Origin: Chiloscyllium plagiosum
Taxonomy: Eukaryota
Direction of reading: 5' to 3'
Length of the DNA stretch: 60,622 nt
NCBI RefSeq assembly: GCF_004010195.1
Contig: NC_057719.1
Span: 68,999,159-69,059,780, forward strand
Positions 1 to 13,500 of the stretch are shown here, piece after piece. How positions within the stretch are numbered: position 1 is the first letter of the stretch; each line of letters begins with the position of its first letter. The notes under the pieces are model-generated. The model was not told the origin of the DNA. It searched no databases and worked only from the letters and a program-made list of their open reading frames with translations. Made by a program: the position numbers and the translations under genes.

Positions 1-555
1 ACTAAGACCCCTCGGAATCCTAGTAGCACACAAACCCACCAACACTCTCAAACAAAAACTAACAAACTTTAAAAGACCCAGTACAACCCATGGACAAAAC
101 CAACGTCATCTACAAAATTCCATGCAAAAACTGCCACAAATACTACGTAGGACAACCAGGAAGAAAGTTAGCCACCAGGATACACGAACACCAGCTAGCC
201 ACAAAAAGACACGACCCTCTCTCCCTCGGAGCCCTACACACGGATGAAAAAAAACCCACCATTTTGACTGGGACAACACATCTATCCTGGGTCAGGCTAA
301 GCAAAGACATGCCAAAGAATTCCTAGAGGCCTGGCACTCCAACCACAACGCCATAAACAAACGCATAGATTTAGATGTCATCTATCAACCCCTCAGAAAA
401 TGAACAGGAAATGACATCACCACAAACCCCAGGAACCCCATCCAGGAGAAAGATATAAATAGAAAGCAGGAGACAACAGCTTCGCTTCACTTGGAGGTCG
501 CCACTGATGATGTTACCTAGCCAGGTAATGAAACGTCTGGATATCAAACCTACAC
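1..555 (+). mobile_element. Penelope-like element (Penelope/Poseidon-type) 3' end: GIY-YIG endonuclease plus pLTR
   Basis: ORF 90-326 VIYKIPCKNCHKYYVGQPGRKLATRIHEH is the PLE GIY-YIG motif; frameshift in an A-run near 247-254; hammerhead at 501-540. Confidence 0.9.
501..540 (+). ncRNA. Minimal type I hammerhead ribozyme motif (PLE pLTR)
   Basis: CCA-CTGATGA-T-GTTACCT(AGCC)AGGTAAT-GAAAC-GTC-TGG: stem I CCA/TGG, 7-bp stem II, palindromic ACGT stem III, GUC triplet. Confidence 0.8.
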
Positions 556-559
556 CCCA

Positions 560-3500
560 TAAAGATCCAGTGGGCATGGTCCACATAGGTACCAATGACA
601 TAGATAAAACTAGGGCAGAGGTTCTGTTAAAGGAGTATGAACAGCTAGGAGCTAAATTACAAAGCAGAACCAAAAAAAGTAATAATCTCTGGGTTACCAC
701 CTAAGCCATGAGCTAATTGGCACAGCGTCAATAAGATTAAGAAGGTAAATGCGTGACTTAAGGATTAATGTGGGAGCAATGGGTTTGAATTCATGGGACA
801 TTGGCAGCGGTACTGTGGAAGAAGGCACCTGTTTCAATAGCACTGTCTTCAGCTAAACGGTGCTGGGACCGGAGTCCTAGCAAATTGCATATTTAGGGCT
901 GTAGATAGAATTTTAAGCTAAATGGTGGGGGAGGGTCCAGTTATAGAGGAAATTAGAAAACACAAATTCAAGAAGGACTGCAGAACTCAGCAGAGGTTAT
1001 TATAGTCTCCACAGATACAAGTAGGACAGCGTGTTCGGAAAAGGTGAGCAATCAAACTTCAAGTGCACTGGATAAACGAATGACAATGAGAAGAGGGTGG
1101 TTGATGCAGGACTGTCAGTGCTATATCTGAATGCACACAATATAAGGAATAAGGTAAATGAGGTTGTGGTGCAGATCGAAATTGGCAGGTATGACGTGGT
1201 GGGCATCACGGAGACGTGACTGCAGGGGAATCAGGATTGGGAGCTGAATATTCCAGGCTCGACATCCTACCGAAAAAATAGGCAGGTGGGCAGAGGGATG
1301 GGGTTGTCTTATTCATAAGAAATGAAATTAAGTCAATAGTTTAAAAAAACGAACTAGATCCGATGATGTAGAATCTATGTGGGTAGAATTGAGGAACTGC
1401 AAAGGTAAAAAAAAATTTGGAGTTATGTACAGGCCTCCAAACAGTAGTCAGGAGCTGGGACGCAAGGTACACCAGGTGATAGAAAAGATGTGCAGGAAAG
1501 ATAAAGTTACAGTGATCATGGGGGATTTCAATATGGAGGTGGACTGGGAAAATCAGGTTGGTAGTGGACTGCAAGAAGAGGAATTTGTGGAATGTCTACA
1601 AGATGGCATTTTGGAGCAGCTTATTGTGGAGCCCACTAGGGAACAGGCAATACTTGATTTAGTGTTGTGTAATGAGGCAGACTTAATAAGGGAGCTTAAG
1701 GTGAAGGAACCTGTAGAAGGCAGTGATCATAATACGATAGAATTTACTCTGCAATTTGAGAGGGAGAAGATAGAATCAGACATCACGCTATTACAACTGA
1801 ATAAAAGCAACAGAATCATGAGGGAGGAGCCTAGCAGGAAGGACAGTGGAACAGCAATGGCAGGAGTTTCTGGGAGTAATTCAGGAGACACAGCAGAGAT
1901 TCATCCCGAGGGAAAAGCAGCATGGTACAGGGAGGATGAGGCAACCATGGCTGACTAGGGAAATCATGGATAGCATAAAAGCAAAAGAGAAAACATATAA
2001 TGTGGCGAAGGGCAGTGGGAAACCAGAGGGTTTGGAAACTTACAAAGACCAACAGAGGGTAACAAAAAAAAGAAATAAGGAGGGAAAAGATTGATTATGA
2101 GGGTAAGCTGGCCAGTCATATAAAGGAAGACTATAAGAATTTCTTTGGATGTATAAAGGGCAAAAGAGAAGCCAAAGTGGACATTGAGCTGCTGGAAAAT
2201 GATGCTGGAGAGGTAGTAGTGGGGAGCAAGGAAATGGCTGACGAGCTGAATAATTACTTTGCACCAGACTTCATGGTAGAAGACATGAATAATATCCCAA
2301 AAATTCAAAAACGTGAGGAGGCAGAGCTGAATATGGTGGCCATCACCTAAGACAAGGTGCGAGAAAAAGTGATTGGCCTGAAGGTGGATAAATCACCTGA
2401 ACCAGATGGAGTACACCAAGAGTTCTCAGGGAAATAGCTGAAGAGATAACAGAGGCGTTAGTGGTGATCTTTCAGGCATCGCTAGAGTCAGGGAGGGTCC
2501 CAAAGGACTGGAAAATCTCTAATGTAACGCATCTGTTTAAAAAGGGAGAAAGGCAAAAGATGGTAAATTACAGACCAATTAGCCTAACCTCGGTCATGGG
2601 TGAGATACTGGAATCCATTGTGAAGGGTGAGATTTCTGAATACTTGGAAGTGTATGGTGAAATAGGGAAAAGTCAACATGGTTTCATCAAGGGAAGGTCA
2701 TGCCTGGCAAATCTACATTTCTTTGAGGAAATAACAAGCATGTTAGACCAAGGAGAGCCAATGGATGTTAACTACCTGGACTTCAAGGAGGCCTTTGACA
2801 AGGTACAGCTTAGGAGGCCACTAAGTAAGATAAGGGCCCATGATGTTAATGGCAAAGTGTGAGAATGGATAGAAGCTTAGCTGTCTGGCAGAAAGCAGAG
2901 AGTGGGGATAAAAGGGCCTTTCTCGGATGGTAGCCAGCGGCAAGTGGTATTCCACAAGGCTCCATGTTGGAACCACAACTTTTCACTTTATACATTAACA
3001 ATCTAGATGAGGGGCATTCTGGCTAGGTTTGCTGGCAATACAAACATAGGTAGATGGACAGGTCACATTAAGGAGGCAGAAGAGGCTGCAGAAGGATTTG
3101 GACAGGTTAGGAGAGTGGGCAAAGAAGTGGCAGATGGAGTACAATGTGGGAAAGTGTGAGGTCATGCACTTTGGTAGGAAGAATAGAGGTATGGACTGTT
3201 TTCTAAATGGGGAGACAATTCAGAAGTCTGAAGTGCAAAGAGACCTGGAAGTTCTAGTCCAGGATTCTCTCAAGGTAAACTAGCATGTTGAGTTAGTTCG
3301 GAAGGAAAATACAATGGTGGCATTTATTTTGAGAGGACTTGAATATAAAAGCAGAGGTGCACTTCTGAGGCTCTATAAGGCTCTGGTCAGACCACATTTG
3401 GATTATTGTGTGCAGTTTTGGGCCCCATATTTCAGGAAGGATATACTGGTCATGAAGAAAATTCATGTGAATGGTCCCAGGATTGAAAAGTTTAACATGA

Positions 3501-3930
3501 GGAACGTTTGAGGACTCTAGGTTTATACTCTATGGGGTTTAGAAGGATGAGGAGGTATCTAATTGAAACTTAGGGAATACTGGGTGGCCTGGACAGAGTG
3601 AATGTTGGAAGAGGTTTCCATTAATAGGAGAGAATAGGACCCAAGGGCACAGCCTTAGAGTAAAGGGAAGACCTTTTAGAATGGAGGTAAGAAACCTCTT
3701 CAGCCAGAGAATGGTGAATCTATGGAATTCATTGCCACAGACGGCTGTGGAGGTCAGGGCATTGAGTGTATTTAAGAATGAGATAGATTCTTGATTGTCA
3801 AGGGTATCGAGGGTTCCAGGAAGAAAGTGGGAGAATGTGGTTGAGAAACTTATTAGCCATGATTGAATGGCAGAGCAGACTTGGTGGGCTGAATGGCTTA
3901 ACTTCTGCTCCTATGTCTTATGGTCTAAGA
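560..3930 (+). mobile_element. Near-full-length decayed CR1 LINE (ORF1 SGNH esterase, ORF2 APE endonuclease + RT, 3' tail)
   Basis: VHIGTNDI (ORF1); YRPPNS, IMGDFN, LDLVL, GSDH (endonuclease); NYRPISLTS, SQHGF, YLDFKEAFDKV, KKWQMEYNVGKCEVMH, LVRPHLDYCVQFWAP (RT/C-term); many stops and frameshifts. Confidence 0.93.
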
Positions 3931-4505
3931 TCCAGTAGCAGCACCACAATTCACTTTTTTTCAAAAAAAGACAGCAAATATCCTTTTCAATATAAATCAA
4001 GTACCGATGTCAGAATGAATGCATTTGTTTTGTCTTTAATTAGAATCTAGTTTTGTGTATTGAAGGGCCTAATTTAAATATGTGGTTTATATTCTAAGTG
4101 AATGTAAACCTTTAATGAGGATTTTGGGCTAAGCTGCATAGCATGTTGGTCTTGCGAATGAGTTTCAGTCCACTATAGTAATGTGAATTTGAAGCAGGAA
4201 AGAAACTACAAATTTAGTGTTAAATTCTCTCTCACCTTCGTTAGTTTTCCTTCACAGAAAATAAATGAAATATGCCAAATTAAAACTTAAGTTTTAACCT
4301 TTTAACATACTAGTGCTAAACAAAAACAGCATCTTTGTTCTTGCATATGTATCTACTATGGTTCGATGTCCATTTGGTACTTGGTCAATTTGAGTTTGAG
4401 ACTTTATATGTCATCTCTTACAGCATGATGGCAGGATCAATTAACACACTTATTGTGGTATTCAGTCAGTTATACAAACAGCAATCAATTATTTTTACTT
4501 TTCAG

Positions 4506-4541
4506 ATTTGCAATTAGAAAAATTATGCTGCTTGAATTCAG
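4506..4541 (+). CDS. AQR: AQR exon 1/32 in window (36 nt)
   Basis: ttcag|A TTT GCA ATT AGA...TTC AG|gtaac; (R)[11 protein letters not shown](S). Confidence 0.93.
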
Positions 4542-7500
4542 GTAACTTTTACATTTGGTTTGGTATTTTTTTAAAAAATGTTTTTGAAGCAATGTTGTTA
4601 TGAATATTATGCAGCTGACTTACTATTTCTGTGTAAATTAATAGCCAGTATCTGGAGAATTATCTCTGGCCAAACTATTCCTCTGAAGTATCCAGCAAAG
4701 CTTACCTGATGTCGATTTGCTGTATGGTGAATGAAAAATTTCGAGAAAATGTTCCTGCTTGGGAGGTAAGAGGCTATCAGTTACCTGTTGTAGAGCTTTG
4801 TGTTGTTTCCAATTCTGTAATGAAAATTGTATGCAGTGTTGAAGCCTGGGGCCATCCCACAGGAATACAGCACCAGGAAATGATGGGGACAAGTCTGAAT
4901 CTTAGATTTCCAAAACACAAATTGTTTATTTCATAGTCAATAGTGACAATGTGATACTGTTCGCCCTAGGCATGAAAATAAATTAAACGCTGAATCTAAT
5001 CGTCAAAATAGTTTGATTTTAGTAACATCTGAACTTTTGCTGTATAAGCACTCCTTAGCTGTTTGAGAAGCAGCTTGTTAAAAAGGCATTTCTCAATAAT
5101 GGACATGGCCTAACTGGCTGATCATGAAGGTCTGAATCTTACCTTGCAAAAACCTATGAAAAGGTTGGTGCTTAAATAAAACTCTGGATTAAACAACCCC
5201 TGCATCCACAACTCTGCTTTACACACTCGATTCTCTCCTAACTTTATTCAGACACCTTTGCTTCCTCCACCAACCATCCACTCACCCCAAAAGGAGCTCT
5301 GAAGGCACAATGGAATAATGCTTGCGAAGCACTGAGTTCAAGTCATGAACATGGTTTTTTTTTCTATATTATTTGGTTCAAATAACTTGAATACTGCACA
5401 GCCAAAACATGTATTTAATGATGGATCCAGATCAAGCCATTCATCTTGTCATTGCATTACCTGTATTTGTCTGACTAATTTCAAGTTTCTATTTGCATAC
5501 ATGATGCATGTCTCTGAATCATTTGACCTATTATTTCTTCACCATTGTTTTAATCAGTAGATATGTATCTCTGTTCATTATGGACAACACTAATTGAGTC
5601 AGGAAGTTTGACTGTAATTGTAAAGTTGCCTTTTTGATTCTGTTTAATATGAATGAAAAAAGGAGTTAATATTAAAACCCAAATCAAAAAAGCAGATAAG
5701 TCCATGAGGTAGAATTGATTATTGCTGTTGACCACTTTCTTTTTTTAAAAAAAACTTGAGAGTTGCTGCAGTACTTAACTAATAACAGTAAACTGGCAAT
5801 TTTGTTATTGTAATCATGGGGATATTGATATGGAGATTCTCATTGGTCACTTTTATTTGCTGTAAGTACCATAGTGATCTGCATAAAGGCCGACTGAAGC
5901 CCTTAATACTTCAGCAAGCAGCATATATTATACTTGGTATATGTCAAGTTAGTTATTGAACCAGTGTGCCTCACAGCACTTAGTCTCAGAAGATTGAGAA
6001 TATCCTCGTACTCTTGCAATGACCAGGTGTTATCACTTTTTGATTATTTTCCCGAGATTTACCTGCAAAGTCTTTGAAGTCTTAGGATGAACTGCAGACT
6101 ACAGTGTACAGACATTCAACAATATTCTATGTCTCAATGTACACAAATGCACATAGTCTGATAATTAGTGCCTTTGCATTGAAGCTGGTACAGAAGAATT
6201 GAATTCTAGCTGCATGTGCAAGAGGCAAAGATGAATTAAAAATCTCTGATATACAGATATGGATTTTGATTTCAGTACTACAAGTTAAAGTAGCAAGCAT
6301 TTAGAACATAGAATTATGATACTTAGCACAAACAGAGTCTTTTGAAAGCTGCATCTGATCGTAACCATTGTGTCTGGTCCAGAAGTTACTCTGGACATTT
6401 TCTGTAACCTGTCTTCTGTTGTTTACATTTTAGACCTTTACGCAGAAGCCTGAACACTTTCCCTATTTTTTCAAATGTATTTTAACTGCATCCCTTGCTG
6501 AAGAAAATAAAGATCTTACATTGCGAGAACAAACTGTCCTCTTGGTGTTTCTTGATCACTGCTTCAACAGCTTGGTAAGTGCAAACATGCAAAATTAAAC
6601 GCATTCAAACAATCATGCTACAATACTTGATGTTATCAGTCAAGCTTCTTTGTCCTCTGGTTTATCACTGCATAGATGACATTTCAAGTGGTCATAAATA
6701 CTTTGTAGTGCAGAGCAGATTTTATGGATAGGAACAAAGGAACAGAAATAGGCTACTTAGCCCCTCAAGCCTGTTCACCCATTCAAGCACTCTTGAATTC
6801 ACCACATTCCATTACTCTTCTCCCAAAAATCATTTTTGGGTCAAGCTCATAACTAACATTTAAAGGAATGTGAGTCGACCATTTAGCTGATCAGACCTCA
6901 TAATACCATCGAAAAAGTCTTTCTATGACTCTGTACAATTGCAGCAAGACATCTTTACTTATGTACTCCAATTCCCTTGTGATAAAGGCCAACATACTGT
7001 TACTTTCCTACTACCCGTTGTACCTGTATACTAGCTGTAGTGACACATGAATGATAGATAACTAGGTCTCTTTGGAAACCAACACTGCCTAACCTCTAGC
7101 TATTTAAGAAATTTTTTGCAATTTTCTACTGAAGTGGAGAATGTCACAATTCTTGTATTCCATCTACTATGTTCTAGCCCATTCACTTAGCCTGTCGCAG
7201 TCCTCTTGAAGTCTCCTTGTGGCCTCCCTAAATTTATGATTCCATCCGGTTTTATATCATCAGCAAATTCAAATGTCACAATTAGTCCCCAGTCCTAACT
7301 TCTTATAAAGGCTGAGGAAGAGGCATGACCTGTACCCTTTGTATTCTAATCCTTTGGGTAAAAAGACTAGCATTTCATTTGTGTTTTTGATTATTTTCTG
7401 TATCTTTTCATATTGTGAGCATCTAGATTGACCCTACTATTTATTACCAAAATTTGCAGTTTCTGTACCTTTGGAATACTTTGAGGTAGTTTTGGAAACT

Positions 7501-10500
7501 ATGCAGCTTTATATGTTGTATTATCAAGACTGTATATATCTTTGAGATATCTCCTTGGGATATCTGTTCCCAGTCCTTTGAGGATAGTCATGTAGCAACT
7601 GCATTTATTTATTCTGAAGCTACTTCCCTCAAATTAGAGTTCTTGATCAAAGTGATCCCCACCTCTTTGAAGAGAAGGCTTTATTGTGGTTTGTCTATAT
7701 TATTTTTCAATATTCTAACTGATAGCTTTCCCTATGCTTATTACCATAACCCATAAATAACATTTCAATTACTCATGGCTCTTGCTATTACTATTTATCT
7801 CCTTGCACAAGCACTTCTTGAATCAAAGGATAAGTAACATATCACTCTCATGATTCTTCAAACCATCCTGCTTTTCTTCAAAACCTTGCTAGTTCAAGGT
7901 GCCAACAGGTTCAGCAATAATTCTTAACAAATATACAGCTGTCAGGGATATCCAACAATTTGCACCAGGTTTACATGTAGATTATATAAATAAAAAGCAG
8001 AAATGACCCAGTTAACTTTTGAGAATTTTGACCAGTTGCTTAGGAATGGATTGATTTGGTGCCTATTGCTTACAAAGAACGGTTGAACACTTTAGTCCTC
8101 TACCCACTGGAGTTTACAAGAATGAGAGGTGACTTTATAGAAACATAAGATCATGAGGAGACTTGACGGGGTGGATTCAAAGCAAAGAGTGTCTCTTGTA
8201 GAGGAATGAGAAATACGGGACATAGTTTAAGAATAAGAGGTATTGTGATAAAGAAAATGAATTTTTTTCGTTCTGAAGTGATAATCTGTAGAATTTTCTT
8301 GCTAAGAAGATAGTGGGTTGGGCCATCGAGTTCGTGTTAGGCTCCATTAAACATACTTTTGATAGACAAGGGAATCGAAATTTATTGGCTGGTCAGACAG
8401 AATGGTGAAATTGAGACCATAACCAGGTCAACTATAGATCCTATTGAATGGTGGAGCAGGTTCAAAGGACCAATGTCTGCTCCTCAGTCATATGTTATCT
8501 TGCCTTTGTGCTGATTCCAAATTATTTGAATTTTAATTTCACTTGTATTTCATGTAATTCTGATGTTTATGAATTTTCACGCCAATTAATTGTATATGTC
8601 AAAATAACAGCAAAAAGCAGTTATGAGTATCTGCATATGTATAAGATAAAAGATTGTATTTTGGTTTCCTTTGTTCTGGAGATGAGATTTTGTGTGGTTG
8701 ATACTTTCATATACCACAAGAGGCCCTCAGCAGAGCGTGTTACACACTCTTCAACAGAAAAGTTAAATATTTGGGAGAAAGAGTTTAACTTCATGCTAAC
8801 CGATTCGACTTAGTTAAATAATAATAATCAACTTTATAGGTAATATTTGTGAAAATTTGCATTCTTAGAATTTTCTCTTTCTTGTTTAAAGCCTAATTTT
8901 ATATATGGGTTTTACAAGAGACATAGCAATACCATAATGGACAACAGTTGCTCCCCATTTGTATTTCTAATGTCATATTTCTGGAGTTGGAAGTCTTGTT
9001 ATAGTTAGAATAGTATTTATATACCAATGTATCTGTCTTTGAAGCATTATTCTGTCAGTATAAATGGTATTGCTTGTAAACATGATTTCAGCCTGTGAAA
9101 TACATTTCTATTCTCCAACAGGAAGTAGACCTAATTCGAGAACAGGTGCAGCGACTTATCTCTCTCCCTATGTGGATGTGTCTACTTTCTGTAAGTTCAG
9201 TGACTATTCAAGGTCTATCGTAAAGAATTAATACAGATTAATGGCTCATTTTTACGCGGGAGTTTAATGTTTTTGACCAATTCTGTTTCATCACCTGAAG
9301 TATTTTATATAAGCTTGTCATAATGATAGCCAACAAAAAAAAAGACCAAGATTGCTGATCAGGGTGTCACTGATTGTGAGACTGTTAATACTAAATTTGT
9401 ACTTTTATCAGTCACGACTTGAACATGAACTGAAAAAAACACCAAAGCTGAGGAAATTCTGGAATCTACTTAAAAAAAAGGAAGAGAAAATAGATGAAAA
9501 ATCTGCTGAACAGTAAGTCTGTTATAATATTCATAATATTTACCTGCAATTTCTGGACTATCAATTCCATTAAGTTGGAACTTAGTTTAGTTGTTCACAC
9601 TGTTTTGTCAACTAGACATTCTTTCGCAAATATTCCATATACCTGCTTTGAGTTGCGTTTTGCAGGGGCAGCTTTTATTTCAGAAAATAATAATTTATTT
9701 AAATCACTTTATGGTGCATTGAAAACAATATACCAACATTATTTTTGTTTCTTAATCTGAAGGGCAAATCAAGAGAAGAGATTTCTTTCTTGTCTCATTG
9801 GCAAATTTCTTGGCGTATTAAAAAGCATTCCTCTTTCAGGTAACTGCTCAAGCATCTCTCACTTCTTTCCCAATCAAATATTATTTGAACAATGTTAACA
9901 GAAGAATATTAACAATGCTAATTTTCTGTTTTGCAATAAATGTTGTTGTGAACTGAAATTTGAGCAGTTAGACTGCTGAATATAGGTTATGACAGAATTG
10001 GTTGCAGGCTGACAGTGTCTGTGGCACAAGGTTCTCCATTTTTAGTGGTTTCCGAGTCTTGGGAGAATCCAGGTTGCAACACTGCTGCAGGTGCAGGACT
10101 AGCATGGTACACTATCCTGATACTTGCTTGAGCAGGAAATTGACTTGATAGGTCTCTCAAACAACAGAGAGGACAGTGTCATGAAGGGGAAGTCTTATAC
10201 TTCTGCTGCAACCCAGATATGAGAGCCCACTGTTAAGAGAAAGAGCAAGCCTAATGCTATCTGTTGATTACTGCAGACTCTGAGGGGTGTTACTGATTTG
10301 CATTTTAAAGTGGTGTCAGAATCCCTAGCTGAAGATGGAGTGCAAAGAAATCTGCTTCTATCTGCTTCTAATGACAGCATTAGAATTTGGGTCCTGTTTG
10401 CAATATTTTAGTGTAGTTATCATTTTATGGTAATAAAATTGCACACTTTTCTTGTTTTATTACCATGTAATCAAATTCAGTATATCCATGTAATGATAAT

Positions 10501-13500
10501 AATGGACATACTGAATCAGAATTGCTAACATCTGTACACTGAGACCTCTTTGGTTTGTTTAAAAAAAAGGAGCATATTTTTGCACACTTTACTTTTGGGG
10601 AGTTGTGAGAAGGAGTGAAAGATTATCAGCCCATTAAACCCTGCCATGAATATTCCTTAAGTAGTGAACAAGTCCTGATTGGGATCTGGAGCTTTTTGTC
10701 TGGAGATTGGAATGCTACCAATGTGCCACAGATATCATTAAAATCATTACCATAACCTATTAGTTATGTTTGAGAAAATATTAATCTGTGATTGTTCCAG
10801 TTTTGTACATTTCCCTTTGCTGAGTTATGTATTTGCCATATCAAGATTGATTTGGGATTTTCAGCCCTCCCTATGTTCTAAACTTCAAATTACTTTCTTA
10901 CTTATTAACTCTTCTATTCACTGCGTTAATTCTATTTCCAATGAAACATTTTAAAAATGTTGATACAGAATAGTAAATTTCAAAATAGAACTGGTTTACT
11001 TTGGAATTGTTTAGCTAAATCTAATAATAATTTTACTTTGCAGTCCAACTTATGATTGAAGTGGCAAATACTTTTTACTGACATACCAGTCTTATCAGGT
11101 GAAGGAGAGTTGAAATGGCATATGTGATGATTATGGTTTGAAGCACTTGAGGCTGTATAATCTTTCTTTTGCCACTAGAGTGTGCTACAGTGCTGTGGGC
11201 TATGGGTGGTGTAAAATTTTAGCCTTTAGAACAGGATGAAAAATTTTTTAACAATCCAATCCAATCCAAACCAACTTCTAATACACAATTATTGAATTTA
11301 AAGAATCAAACTTATTATTCTGTAACAATCAGCTTTGAATTCTGAAGTTGATTGCTCTTCTAATAATGTTAGAAATCTTAGAATGCTCCCTTGTGTCTGT
11401 GCCATTACTATAAAAATAAAATACATAATTATAAATAAATGTATATATTTATAAAAATAAATATATACTATTGCATCTAACTCTGATAATTCCTTTTTTC
11501 CTGTTGCTTTTATGTACTCTTTATATTCACCCTTTTTAAATGTTTCATCGATGTCCTTTGCAAGATTAAACTTCCTGTAGTCTAACAAATCTCTGGGAAC
11601 TGCCTGACTGTAAAGATGACTTCAAATGGCTACCAGCATTTTCACTGCACATACATGCTCAGTGATTTCTTATACTGGCGACTACTACCTTCTATGCTAG
11701 GATGTGTCTGCACCATTAGGATCATTATATGTTGACTCTCCTGCTCTTTAGGTGCTGCCTGACCTGCTGTGCTTTTGCCAGTGCTACAATCTATTTGTCT
11801 TGCACATAATGATATTGCACCATTGCCTACACCAGGAACTAGCATAATTTTTCCTGCAAGGATGCTGGGCTGTTGATTGTAATAGTCCTGAATGGGCAAC
11901 AAGTGGGAATAATCCCACTATTTACTACTACAAAGCCTTTCATCATTTGAACCCTTGGTGACCAGTAGACTCCCTGGTTTTAGTATGAACAATCCCTTTT
12001 TCCAGTTTCTTTCCTAACTGGAGCCTCTCCACTTGGGTGTCATTTCGAGTGAATTATTGCACTACTGTTTATATAGTTCTCATAACCTTCCTGAAATGGG
12101 ATGCCCAGAACTGCATGTTTTATCTCAACAGTGATCCAACCATTGTCTTATTCAAATGCAGCATCTCTTATTGTGAATGTTTGTATAGTAACCATTTAGA
12201 CTTCATATGATTCTCTTTTGTGTTAAGGAAATAAACGTGTAAAAGGCTTTAACCATGTATCTTTCACGAGGTGTCATTTTTATTTTCATTTTTATTCCTC
12301 TTTTGTCGATTTACTTCAAGCCCACATTTAAAAAGTTCATATAAGGTTTTCTTAGCTATTTTAAAAAAAAATCTTGTTTTGCAGAAAGTTTGTATGTGTA
12401 CGTTAATGAAGAAATTGGTGTAACACTTCTACATTCTGCATTAACTTTTTTAAAAATTTGTATGTAGGGCCAGTCAGCATGGATATGGTTCATTATTGTG
12501 AAAGATTTATCGAATTAATGATAGACTTGGAGGTAAGCAATTTGCATGCATACAGGATTTGTATAAAAATTCTGAAAAAGCTTACAAATCACAATCATCT
12601 ACTGCATTTGCTCAAGTCCAAAAGGCTGACATTGAATTGAACTCTTGATTAAATATGTGTAGAATTGTGATTGTACTATAAAAATCTTTTTATTGGTATT
12701 TAGCTTAAAGGAAGTGAGTGCTGTTGTTTAATTGGTATCAACTATGTTTCCTCAAAGGCACTCCTTCCAACCCGACGATGGTTCAGCACTGTTTTGGATG
12801 ATTCTCATTTAGTCACTCACTGCCACCTATCTAATCTGGTCCAGAGAGAGAAGGAGGGTCGACTTTTTTGCCAGGTGAGATGGTGGCAGCACTTAAATAC
12901 TGCCATTTTTACTTTATAGAAGAAGGTGAATAACTATTGCCGGTATTCCATGAAACCTTTTGGAATCAGAGCAATAAAGGGATGCAGGGTATTCGTGCTG
13001 AAGCTTGTTGTGCTGCAGAGAGGTAGGCTGTGACAATTTTTTAATGACTAGCTTGAGAGTTACCACTTTGTGGTATTGAAGGGAATGTTAAGTTTAAACT
13101 GTTTCTCATTTCTGGATAAAGATTATCATTACAGAGGGGTTTCTGGCCACTCCTAACAGTTGAAGTGTGATGTGTAGAATGGTGATACCTTGGTAAAGAA
13201 TTGATCATTTCATTCTGTGGTTTACACTTTGTTTTTTGTTGAATATCTTCCTGGCTTTCAACTGCTGATCCACTCTTCAGGGCTTGTCTCTTATGATACT
13301 TTGCCTGATTGGTCATTATTCAGCTTGAGTTTAGATCAGACTTATGCACCTAATTGTCTATTGGTCACATACTTCTCATGCAAGCTAGGCAGCTGATACC
13401 TATTGTAAAAGCCGAAAGAACATGAATGCTATAAGTCAGAAACCAAAACAGGAATTGCTAAAAAAAACTCAGGTCTGGCAGCATCTGTGGAGTGAAATCT

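Noticed and set aside
11252..11470. (AATCC)n and AT-rich low-complexity tracts
   Set aside because: Short simple repeats with no further structure
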